From: Victivallales bacterium
GTDB taxonomy: Bacteria; Verrucomicrobiota; Lentisphaeria; Victivallales; UBA1829
Length of the DNA: 64,000 nt
Reading direction: 5' to 3'
Assembly: GCA_045589595.1 (NCBI GenBank)
Contig: JAZNPK010000010.1
Coordinates: forward strand, 66,190-130,189
The notes under the pieces are model-generated. The model was not told where the DNA came from and ran no database searches. It saw only the letters and a list, made by a program, of their open reading frames with translations. Below are positions 55,125 to 63,724 of the stretch, in pieces (the first letter of the stretch is position 1; every line of letters starts with the position of its first letter). Position numbers and translations under genes: made by a program.

Positions 55125-56345
55125 ATGACAAAGTTTGAAAAACTGACAACATTCCGTCCGTCGGCAGGGAAGACATTCTCTGTTGCGATCACAGGGGACT
55201 TCTGTCCCTACAGCGCCATCAAAGTTGAAGATGTGGCATCGATCTGTTCCGACATCGCCCCCACACTGGCGGCGGCAGATTACCGGATCATGCAGTTTGA
55301 AACTGTACTGACCAAAGGTGATCCGGAGCCGATCCACAAATGCGGTCCGAACATCAAGTCCGATGTGGCATCCTCTCTTGAATTTCTCAAGACGCTGAAC
55401 ATTGATCTGACGCTGCTGGCGAACAATCACACCGGCGACTTCGGACCTGATGCCGCAATAGAAACCCGGTCCATTCTCCGGGATGCCGGTTATGCCACGG
55501 TCGGTATGGGAGTTGATCCGGAAGATGCGGCAAAACCCCATTGTTTTGAACTGGGCGGCAAAAAGATCGCGGTGCTGAACTTCTGCGAAAATGAATTCGG
55601 TATCGTCCGGGAAAAAGATTATGCCGGTTCAAATCCGCTGCAGCCCTATGTCAATATGGAACAGATCCGCGAAGCGAAGAAAACGGCGGATTTTGTGATC
55701 GTGACGGTTCACGGCGGACATGAATTTTTCCCCTATCCCTCCCGCCGGATGATCGATACCTACCGTGCGTTTGTTGATGCCGGAGCGAATCTTGTGTTCA
55801 ACTGCCACACCCACTGTGTGCTTGGCACGGAATATTACAAAGGTGTTCCCATTTTCTATTCTCCGGGCAACTTCTTCTTCCCGGAAAAATGCAACGAACT
55901 GCCGGATATGTGGAGCGGCGGCGTACTGCCCACATTCCATTTTGATGAGCAGGGCGTTTGTGCCATGGGACTCCAGCCCTACACCTTCACGTTTGAAAAA
56001 ATCGCCCCGCTGTCTCCGGAAAAAGAAGCGATCTTCTTCAAGGATTACAACGAACTTTCCGAAGTGATCCAGCAGCCGGAAGAACTGAAACGGCTCTTCA
56101 ATATCTGGTCCGTTTACGCAACCGACAGACTTGCGGCGTACATCTTTGAAGGTTATTTCCCCATGGGATTCCCGCCCGACAACAAAGTCAAAGGCTGGTT
56201 GCTGTTCCGCAATCTCTTCAACTGCGAAACCCATGACGATGCCACGCGGACCTATCTGCGGCTGGTGGAGCAGGGGCGTATTGAAGAACTCAAGCCGCTT
56301 TTTGATCAGGTGATCAAACCCCTGCAGACTCCTGCCTGGCTCTGA
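55125..56345 (+). CDS. CapA/PgsA-family metallophosphoesterase-like protein
   Basis: LLANNHTGDFG, VTVHGGHE and NCHTHC motifs of the PGA_cap family. It starts 2 nt after the M50 fusion gene. Confidence 0.83.
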   Translation: MTKFEKLTTFRPSAGKTFSVAITGDFCPYSAIKVEDVASICSDIAPTLAAADYRIMQFETVLTKGDPEPIHKCGPNIKSDVASSLEFLKTLNIDLTLLANNHTGDFGPDAAIETRSILRDAGYATVGMGVDPEDAAKPHCFELGGKKIAVLNFCENEFGIVREKDYAGSNPLQPYVNMEQIREAKKTADFVIVTVHGGHEFFPYPSRRMIDTYRAFVDAGANLVFNCHTHCVLGTEYYKGVPIFYSPGNFFFPEKCNELPDMWSGGVLPTFHFDEQGVCAMGLQPYTFTFEKIAPLSPEKEAIFFKDYNELSEVIQQPEELKRLFNIWSVYATDRLAAYIFEGYFPMGFPPDNKVKGWLLFRNLFNCETHDDATRTYLRLVEQGRIEELKPLFDQVIKPLQTPAWL

Positions 56346-56353
56346 TGAAAAAT

Positions 56354-56381
56354 GTGCCGGAAAAATAAAACCGGCACTTTT
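56354..56381 (+). terminator. Intrinsic terminator after the CapA-like gene
   Basis: GTGCCGG-AAAAATAAAA-CCGGCAC followed by TTTT. Confidence 0.55.
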
Positions 56382-56446
56382 AAATTTTCTGCTTTATGCT
56401 ATATTATATGGATCATAGCAAACTGTAATTTGTAAGGAAGCAGAAA

Positions 56447-58588
56447 ATGAACACCATCAGGGAAAACGCGATCGCCGCGGTGGCTGCCATGCCGCCGGTA
56501 CTGGAAGAAGATATCCGTCCCGTTGAAGACATTACCGGAGCGTTCGGCTCGGATGTCTTCAGCATCGGGACGATGCAGACCGTGCTTCCCCGGCAAGTCT
56601 TCGAGACCCTGATGAAGACCATCCGTGACGGTGCGCCCCTTGATCCTGCCATCGCAGATGCTGTGGCGTCCGCCATGAAAGACTGGGCTGTTTCCAAAGG
56701 CGCCACCCATTATACCCACTGGTTTCAGCCCATGACCGGGGCAACGGCGGAAAAACATGAGTCGTTTCTGGAGCCGGACGGCAACGGTGAAGCGATCCTG
56801 AAATTTTCCGGCAAGAACCTGATCGTCGGCGAATCGGATGCCTCCAGTTTTCCCTCCGGCGGATTGCGTTCCACCTTTGAGGCGCGCGGTTATACTGCGT
56901 GGGACCCCACAAGCCCCGCCTTCCTCCGCCGCAGCCGCAACTGTGTGACGCTTTGTATTCCCACTGCGTTCTGCAGTTACACCGGGGAAACGCTCGATAA
57001 AAAGACGCCGCTGCTCCGTTCCATTCAGGCGTTGTCCGGGGCGGTCACGAAACTGATGCGGGCATTTCAGGAAGAAAAAGAAGATGCCCGGTTCAGTGTC
57101 AGTCTGGGCGCGGAACAGGAATATTTTCTTATTGACCGCCATTTTTATTATGCCCGTCCGGACCTGATCCAGTGCGGGCGGACGCTGTTCGGTGCTGCAC
57201 CCCCGAAGCATCAGCAGCTGGATGACCATTACTACGGCGCGATCCGCCCCCGTGTCCTTGCATTCATGGCGGATGTGGATCAACAGCTCTGGCGTCTGGG
57301 GATCCCCGCAAAGACCCGTCACAACGAGGCGGCTCCGGCACAGTTTGAAATCGCGCCCCTGTTTGAAGAACTGAACCTGGCGGTTGACCACAACATGGTC
57401 ATGATGGAAGTGCTGCGTCTGACGGCTGAAAAACACGGCTTTGTCTGTCTGCTTCATGAAAAACCCTTTGCCGGTGTCAACGGTTCCGGTAAACATAACA
57501 ACTGGTCCATTGCCTATGGCAAGAAAAATCTGCTCAATCCGGGTGATGATCCGCATCAGAACGCTCTGTTCCTGACGACGCTCTGTGCTGTGATCCGGGC
57601 TGTTGACCGCCACGCGGATCTGTTGCGTGTGGCGGTTGCAGGACCGGGGAACGATCACCGTCTCGGTGCGTGCGAAGCGCCGCCTGCCATCACATCCATT
57701 TTTCTTGGCGAACAGTTGACGGATGTGATCGAACAGATCGAAGCGGGTACCCGCACATCCAGAGGTAAAGCCGGAGTTTTGAGCGTGGGCGTGGATCGTC
57801 TGCCGCCGCTGCCCAAAGATGCCACGGACCGGAACAGAACCAGTCCTTTTGCTTTCACCGGAAATAAATTTGAGTTCCGCGCGCCGGGAGCAAGTCAGTC
57901 CTGCGCAGGTGTGAATATGATCCTCAACACCATCGCCGCTGAATCCATTGAGGATATTGCGGAAAAGATCGAAGCATTTTCACCGGATGAGGATTTCCAT
58001 ACCCAGCTTCAGGCGCTGTTGCGGAAGATCATCAAAAAACACAAACGGATCATTTTCAACGGCAACGGCTATGATCAGGCGTGGATCGATGAGGCGGAAC
58101 GGCGCGGATTGCCTAATCTCAAAAACACTCCGGCGGCGTTGAAGCGTTTTATCGCGCCGGAAAATATTGCCATCTTTGAGCGTTTCGGCGTGCTTTCCGA
58201 GGCGGAAGTTCTTTCGCATCACGAGATCATGATGGAGGAATACGACCGGAAGATCCGGATCGAAGCGGAACTTTCTCTGCTGCTGTCCCGTACTGTGATC
58301 ATGCCCGCCGCATCCAAAGAACTCAAGGAACTGTTCCAGACCATCCGGGATGCCGGTGACAGTGTCGCGCTCCGGTCTTTGCAGAAGACTGCCAACTCCA
58401 TTGCGGTCCTGCTGGATGCCATCGACACCAAGAATGATATTCTGGAAGAGCTGATCGCGCAGGAACGCTCCGAAGATATGGTGGATGCCATGCGGTCTCT
58501 GCGGGAGGAAGTGGATCAACTGGAACGGATCCTTGCCGATGCCACGTGGCCGCTCCCCAAATACCGCGAACTGCTGTTCCTCTACTGA
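56447..58588 (+). CDS. glnN: Glutamine synthetase type III
   Basis: 713-aa length and an N-terminal [16 protein letters not shown] region characteristic of GSIII. The central GS catalytic core shows [10 protein letters not shown]. Confidence 0.9.
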   Translation: MNTIRENAIAAVAAMPPVLEEDIRPVEDITGAFGSDVFSIGTMQTVLPRQVFETLMKTIRDGAPLDPAIADAVASAMKDWAVSKGATHYTHWFQPMTGATAEKHESFLEPDGNGEAILKFSGKNLIVGESDASSFPSGGLRSTFEARGYTAWDPTSPAFLRRSRNCVTLCIPTAFCSYTGETLDKKTPLLRSIQALSGAVTKLMRAFQEEKEDARFSVSLGAEQEYFLIDRHFYYARPDLIQCGRTLFGAAPPKHQQLDDHYYGAIRPRVLAFMADVDQQLWRLGIPAKTRHNEAAPAQFEIAPLFEELNLAVDHNMVMMEVLRLTAEKHGFVCLLHEKPFAGVNGSGKHNNWSIAYGKKNLLNPGDDPHQNALFLTTLCAVIRAVDRHADLLRVAVAGPGNDHRLGACEAPPAITSIFLGEQLTDVIEQIEAGTRTSRGKAGVLSVGVDRLPPLPKDATDRNRTSPFAFTGNKFEFRAPGASQSCAGVNMILNTIAAESIEDIAEKIEAFSPDEDFHTQLQALLRKIIKKHKRIIFNGNGYDQAWIDEAERRGLPNLKNTPAALKRFIAPENIAIFERFGVLSEAEVLSHHEIMMEEYDRKIRIEAELSLLLSRTVIMPAASKELKELFQTIRDAGDSVALRSLQKTANSIAVLLDAIDTKNDILEELIAQERSEDMVDAMRSLREEVDQLERILADATWPLPKYRELLFLY

Positions 58589-58768
58589 CCGGCAACTTTC
58601 CGACGGAAAACATGACGCTGCGTCCGTGGCGTCATTGCCGGAAAAGCAGACTTTCTTTTATATCATATTTTTTGCAAAAAAATGTGTCATTCTCTTGAAA
58701 ATCTGTATATTCTGTACTAAATTACAGATAACAGTTTTATTCAATTCTAACATGAGAGAATATCAGGT

Positions 58769-60271
58769 ATGGAAAACACAACCAACTACAGTATCCGCAG
58801 CCTTGCAGCGGAAATCGGCAAATCCCCCAAAGATTTTACCAAGAGCGACATTATCCGGTACATCTGCGATAATGAGATCCGCCATATCAATTTCCAATAT
58901 CCCGCCGGTGACGGCAGACTGAAAACCCTGAACTTTGTCATCAATGATCTGGAATATCTGGAAGAGATCCTTTCCTGCGGCGAACGCGTGGACGGCTCCA
59001 GTCTGTTCCCCTTCATCGAAGCAAACAACAGTGACCTTTATGTGGTTCCCCGTTTCAGAACTGCCTACATGGATCCCTTCTGCGAACTGCCCACCATCAA
59101 CTTCCTCTGCGCGTTCTTCAACAAGGACGGCAATCCGCTGGAAAGTTCTCCGGAATACACGCTCCACAAAGCATGTGAAGCATTCCGCAAATCCACCGGC
59201 AGAGAATTTCAGGCAATGGGCGAACTGGAATATTATGTGATCGCGCCCGATGAAAATATGTATCAGGCAGTTGACCAGAAAGGTTATCACGAATCTGCAC
59301 CCTATGCAAAATTCGGCGAATTCCGTCAGCTCTGCATGAACTTTATCGCCCGCACCGGCGGACAGATCAAATACGGCCACTCCGAAGTCGGCAATTTTAC
59401 CCTTGACGGCAAAATCTACGAACAGAACGAAATCGAATTTCTCCCCGTCGATGCGGAAGAAGCCGCCGAACAGCTCACCATTGCAAAATGGATTATCCGC
59501 AACCTCGCATACCGCGAAGGTCTGGATGTGACCTTTGCCCCGAAAATCACGGTCGGCAAAGCCGGATCCGGACTCCATGTCCATTTCCGCGTGATGAAAG
59601 ACGGCTTGAACCAGATGCTCAAGGACGGCGTCCTTTCCGATGATGCAAAACGCGCCATCGCCGGTCTGATGATGCTTGCTCCCTCCCTGACCGCATTCGG
59701 CAACACCAATCCCACATCCTACTTCCGCCTCGTTCCGCATCAGGAAGCCCCCACCAACGTTTGCTGGGGCGACCGCAACCGGTCCGTGCTGGTCCGTGTT
59801 CCTCTGGGCTGGACGAGCAAAAAAGATCTCTGCTCCCAGGCGAATCCGGGCGAACCTTCCGCCCATTACGATACGACCCAGAAGCAGACAGTTGAAATGC
59901 GTTCTCCGGACGGCTCCGCCAATGTGTATCTGCTCATTGCCGGTTTGGCTGTTGCATGCCGTTACGGGTTTGAATGTGAAAATGCGCTGGATGTTGCCGC
60001 AAAAACTTATGTGAATGTGAATATTCACAAAGACGAAAACCGCAGCATCCTTGAAACCCTGAGCGTCCTGCCCGACAGCTGTGCGGCATCTGCCGATTGC
60101 CTTGCGGAACAGCGTGCCATCTATGAAGCGGAAGGCGTGTTCTCCCCCGCCATGCTGGATGGTATCATTGCCGGTCTCAAAGCGTTCAATGACCGTACTC
60201 TGCGCAGCGACATCAACAACGATCAGAAAAAGATCCTTGCTCTGGTGGAAACGTATTTCCACTGCGGCTGA
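58769..60271 (+). CDS. Glutamine synthetase-family protein (~500 aa GlnA-like)
   Basis: GS beta-grasp N-domain pattern (RHINFQYPAGDGRLK) and a catalytic-domain HSEVG motif (KYGHSEVGNF), plus SGLHVH. Confidence 0.8.
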   Translation: MENTTNYSIRSLAAEIGKSPKDFTKSDIIRYICDNEIRHINFQYPAGDGRLKTLNFVINDLEYLEEILSCGERVDGSSLFPFIEANNSDLYVVPRFRTAYMDPFCELPTINFLCAFFNKDGNPLESSPEYTLHKACEAFRKSTGREFQAMGELEYYVIAPDENMYQAVDQKGYHESAPYAKFGEFRQLCMNFIARTGGQIKYGHSEVGNFTLDGKIYEQNEIEFLPVDAEEAAEQLTIAKWIIRNLAYREGLDVTFAPKITVGKAGSGLHVHFRVMKDGLNQMLKDGVLSDDAKRAIAGLMMLAPSLTAFGNTNPTSYFRLVPHQEAPTNVCWGDRNRSVLVRVPLGWTSKKDLCSQANPGEPSAHYDTTQKQTVEMRSPDGSANVYLLIAGLAVACRYGFECENALDVAAKTYVNVNIHKDENRSILETLSVLPDSCAASADCLAEQRAIYEAEGVFSPAMLDGIIAGLKAFNDRTLRSDINNDQKKILALVETYFHCG

Positions 60272-60300
60272 TCCAGCCTGATCACTGATCTGTAATTGCC

Positions 60301-60339
60301 ATACACCCCGGTGCGTTTTGTTCCGGGGTGTATTTTTTT
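60301..60339 (+). terminator. Intrinsic terminator after the GS gene
   Basis: 11-bp stem ATACACCCCGG / CCGGGGTGTAT followed by a T-run (TTTTTT, 60334-60339). Confidence 0.72.
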
Positions 60340-60442
60340 ATCCGTGCGCAAAACCTTTTCCCGGAAAATGTTGTCAGAATGACCGGCGGCTTGAAATCAG
60401 CCGGAAGAACAGAACAACAAAATCAAAAAGGAGGGTACGCAC

Positions 60443-61009
60443 ATGAGATCTTTCACAACGCTGCACATCCAGTACGCACACAGATTCTACAACTTCAAGG
60501 GCGAAGCACAGTATCTCCACGGACATACCGGCACCTTGACCATTGAGGTGGAAGACTCCATCAATGACGGAGTCAATATGGTGTTTCCCTGCAACGAGAT
60601 CCAGAAAATCGCGTGGAACATCATCAAAAATTTTGATCACGCTCTGGTCCTGCGCAAAGATGATCCGCTGCTGCCGGCGATCCTTGATGTGTACGAAAAA
60701 CAGGGAATCAAAAACGGCGCTCCGACCAACTGCATGAAGGGACCGGCGTTTGATATCGAACTCTGCAAGGCTTATCCCGATTGCCGTCTGGTCGTCACAA
60801 AAGAGACGATGACGGTGGAAGGAATGATCAAGATGGTCTATGAACTGCTCAAAGACAAACTCAATATCGCAAAACTTGTCTTCACCAGCGGCGATAATGC
60901 GGCATGTCAGGAGTACACCCCCACTTGTACCCGTGACCGCTGTCCCTGCTGTGGGATCCTGCTGGATCACAACGGCGTCTGCCCCAAATGCGGATGCCGC
61001 AAAAAATAA
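60443..61009 (+). CDS. 6-pyruvoyl-tetrahydropterin/6-carboxytetrahydropterin synthase (QueD-like) fused to a C-terminal zinc ribbon
   Basis: AHRF...LHGHTGTLTIEVE matches the PTPS/QueD His motif. The C-terminal CPCCG-x9-CPKCGC forms a four-Cys ribbon. AAAGGAGG RBS. Confidence 0.72.
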   Translation: MRSFTTLHIQYAHRFYNFKGEAQYLHGHTGTLTIEVEDSINDGVNMVFPCNEIQKIAWNIIKNFDHALVLRKDDPLLPAILDVYEKQGIKNGAPTNCMKGPAFDIELCKAYPDCRLVVTKETMTVEGMIKMVYELLKDKLNIAKLVFTSGDNAACQEYTPTCTRDRCPCCGILLDHNGVCPKCGCRKK

Positions 61010-61083
61010 ATTGAGCGTGTGATCCCGGAAGGCGTTGACATCGACAGGATTGTTCTCATGCCGGATCAACGCCTTTTTTGCCT

Positions 61084-62016
61084 TTACGGAGCCGGCTGAT
61101 AAGAGAACTGATCTTTGCAGCTGCTTTTGATTTTTCTCATAATTTCAATTCTGCCGGGGAAGGGGATATGTGCGCCGAGCCACGTGCCGCCGCGCAGCAG
61201 CAGTTGATTCCGTGACGCAACCGCCTTCTGCCGGTCCATATCATACCGGGCGCAATAGCCGGGATATGGGATCTGAAGATCCGCCGCATGGACGATGTCG
61301 CCCACGAATGCCACCGTTTTGCCATCGCCGCTCACCTTCATCCGGAACACGGTATGTCCGGGCGTGTGACCCGGCAGAAATTCCGGCGTCAGATCAAAAT
61401 TCCGGATCGTTTTATTGTATGGCAGCAGCACCAGACGATTCTGATACGGTGCAAGATGTTTGCCGAGTCCGGCTCTGCCGCGATCTTTCTGCCAGGCTTC
61501 GTATTCCGTGCGGGTGATACAGAGTTTTGCCTTCGGGAACGCCGCATCCGTGCCGCCGGGAAGCGTCAGACCGCCCACGTGATCGGGGTGGATATGCGTG
61601 ATAAATACCGCATCGATCATCTCCGGCGTGATCCCTGCCGCCTGAAGCCGTTTCAACAACTGACTTCTTCCGTTGCCGAATCCGGTATCGATAAGAAAAT
61701 GTTCTCCGCTCTTTTTGATTTTTACCAGAAAAATATTGTGGGAGGCGTCATATTCTTTCTGCAGTTTGACCGGGGCAACGGGATAAAGATTCTGGAAAAG
61801 TGAGCCGGACATTCCGCCGGTCTGATCCTGAATGGATACGATGTAACGGTCCGGATATTCAAAAACGCAGATCCCGTCCATCGGTTTTTCAAGCAGATCC
61901 TGCAGCATATCTTCCGCAGCAGTGAGATGGGGCAGGGCAGCCGGGAAAATAATTGAAAGACAGCCCGTCAGGAGATACCATAATCTTTTTATGCAGATTT
62001 CTTTTGTTGATTGCAT
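61084..62016 (-). CDS. Secreted MBL-fold metallo-hydrolase
   Basis: ITHIHPDHVGG (HxHxDH). I set the start at the ATG at 62016, giving a signal-peptide-like MQSTKEICIKRLWYLLTGCLSIIFPAALPHLTAAE and removing the overlap with the upstream gene. Confidence 0.82.
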   Translation of the reverse strand: MQSTKEICIKRLWYLLTGCLSIIFPAALPHLTAAEDMLQDLLEKPMDGICVFEYPDRYIVSIQDQTGGMSGSLFQNLYPVAPVKLQKEYDASHNIFLVKIKKSGEHFLIDTGFGNGRSQLLKRLQAAGITPEMIDAVFITHIHPDHVGGLTLPGGTDAAFPKAKLCITRTEYEAWQKDRGRAGLGKHLAPYQNRLVLLPYNKTIRNFDLTPEFLPGHTPGHTVFRMKVSGDGKTVAFVGDIVHAADLQIPYPGYCARYDMDRQKAVASRNQLLLRGGTWLGAHIPFPGRIEIMRKIKSSCKDQFSYQPAP

Positions 62017-62027
62017 CAGGGGTTCTA

Positions 62028-62855
62028 TCAGCAGAGATCGATTTGTGATGGGAAGTACTGAGCCAGCATATCGGGAGTTCCCGATGGCATGAACATCTGA
62101 AATCCGGTGACCCCGCATTTGACGGCCGTTGATATCGCTTCAATGGTCTTAAGCCCCCAACACCAGATGTGGATGCCGGTCGCTTCTGCCCTTTCTGCAA
62201 GTCTTTTATCAAATATTCCATTGGTAAGACCACACAAACAAATAATGCTGTATCCTCCGGCAGCAGAGTCGTCAATGAGCTGTTCCGAAAGCGGCGTATT
62301 CGGAACCAGCGTGTGACAGTATTTCAAGCCCGGACAAAGCGAATCGATCAGCTGTACCGCTCCGGGCTGCGGCGGATAAAAGTTTACAACAGTACGCCCG
62401 GTCATTTCATACTGGCGCAATAATTCCACCATGCGCGCCACAACTTCCGGACGCCATGGGTCATCCCGCAGCGTCAGATAGGCGAAGCGATTATGATCCC
62501 GGCAGAGTTGAAGCATCGTTTCAAGCTGACAGGGACGATGGTGTTCTCCTCCCCAAGCTTGCGCAAACCGGAGATCGTTGATCTCTCCTGCAGTCAAATC
62601 GTGGATCGCAGTGAATTTATCCGGAGCAAAACTTGTGATCATGCCATTCTCATCAAATGTGTAACCGTCATCGTGACAGAGAATGATTTTGCCATCCTTT
62701 GAAAGTTGCATATCCGCTTTCATCCCGTGATAGCCATTGCGGATCGCTTCCTTGAAATGAATCTCAGAATTGCCGGGTATTCCGGGAAATACGGAATAGG
62801 CAATGTCCATAATTTTCTGATTGTCTGCAAAATCGAAATATGTTTTGAAATCCAT
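62028..62855 (-). CDS. Glycerophosphodiester phosphodiesterase-family protein
   Basis: GMKADMQLSKDGKIILCHDD matches the GDPD E/D-x-D...HD pattern. Confidence 0.75.
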   Translation of the reverse strand: MDFKTYFDFADNQKIMDIAYSVFPGIPGNSEIHFKEAIRNGYHGMKADMQLSKDGKIILCHDDGYTFDENGMITSFAPDKFTAIHDLTAGEINDLRFAQAWGGEHHRPCQLETMLQLCRDHNRFAYLTLRDDPWRPEVVARMVELLRQYEMTGRTVVNFYPPQPGAVQLIDSLCPGLKYCHTLVPNTPLSEQLIDDSAAGGYSIICLCGLTNGIFDKRLAERAEATGIHIWCWGLKTIEAISTAVKCGVTGFQMFMPSGTPDMLAQYFPSQIDLC

Positions 62856-63260
62856 CTATACCTCCATTGACTACGGTTCCGCCGCAGCAACATTATTATT
62901 TGTTTATTTCTTCCGAATGATCGGCAGAAAAGGGGATCCCTGCAATCTTTCCAATTTTTCTTTTGACGGTCTCCCGTATTACAAAAGCAGTTTTACAATG
63001 GGTACATATTGTTCCGTGAAGTTGAAACTGACAACACCTTATCATATCACCGGAATATGATTTTTTCAATCCCCCGATGAGTTTTTGTGCATAATTTCAG
63101 GAGAAACAACACAAAAAAAAGAATGATGCACACCAACGCCAGCCCTCTAACATGTAGTCTACTCGTAACATCAGCGCACATCACTGATCTTAATTTACTG
63201 CTGCAAAACACTTTTTTCAAGCGGAGAAATTAAAAAATGCAAATAATTTTTGAGGCCGGG

Positions 63261-63483
63261 GGCACATATGAGCGGAGCGAATGATTCATATTTGGAGTGA
63301 AACGGAAAATGCTTCATAACGAAGTTGCTTCATCTGAAAAGGCTTCATTTTTATGAAGCACGCCTGTCGGCGTATGAAGCATTTTGCGGCATTGCCGCAA
63401 AATATGAAGCACCGCAGATGCGGTATGAAGCAAAGCCTTTTCAGGCTTCATATTTTTTTGCCTTGAACAAGGCAAAAAAAATG
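63261..63483. repeat. Hairpin-array element (family E), copy c (cleanest copy)
   Basis: GCTTCAT at 63311, 63327, 63342 and 63445. ATGAAGC at 63353, 63374, 63404 and 63425. The forward copies are separated by perfect unrelated hairpins (ACGCC/GGCGT, ATTTTGCGGC/GCCGCAAAAT, ACCGC/GCGGT). The element ends in TTTTTTTGCCTTG-AA-CAAGGCAAAAAAA followed by ATGGCGG. Confidence 0.72.
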
Positions 63484-63724
63484 GCGGCTGGCTTTTTTAT
63501 CTTTCCCCGCCATTCTGAAGCGCATTTTGAGGTAAAAAACTCAGAATTTCGCTGTGAAATAAAATTCTGAAAATCACTTCACTTTTATATAAGGTTCCGG
63601 AAAATTATTGTATAAATGGAAATATTTGATACTTTCCGATCATCTTTGACCGGTTGTTTTTTGAAGGACGGCAGAGAGAGTTTTTATACCGGAAAAACGC
63701 TGAAATTACATAGAAAAACAGTTG

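Noticed and set aside
56346-56446. Sigma54 (-24 GG / -12 GC) promoters upstream of the glutamine synthetase genes, the HIT gene and the kinase operon
   Set aside because: TGGCAC-like strings occur (for example at 7441, 19001 and 29061) but lie inside genes and lack a correctly spaced TTGC. Upstream of glnN, the CGGCAC belongs to the CapA terminator hairpin. No convincing site was found.
58763-60262. 499-aa ORF that is an almost exact antisense mirror of the 500-aa GS-family gene
   Set aside because: It is striking, but the plus strand has the GS beta-grasp and HSEVG/SGLHVH motifs plus an upstream AT-rich promoter region and a downstream terminator. The antisense frame has none of these. It could be re-examined only if Ribo-seq data showed translation.
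60372-60442. Possible preQ1-type riboswitch upstream of the QueD-like gene (hairpin CCGGC...GCCGG followed by an A-rich tail running into the AGGAGG RBS)
   Set aside because: The general shape (small hairpin plus A-rich tail) is there. The conserved loop and tail nucleotides of preQ1-I as I remember them (UUC after the 5' stem, ...AAAAAACUA tail) are not matched. I cannot support the call without a covariance-model search.
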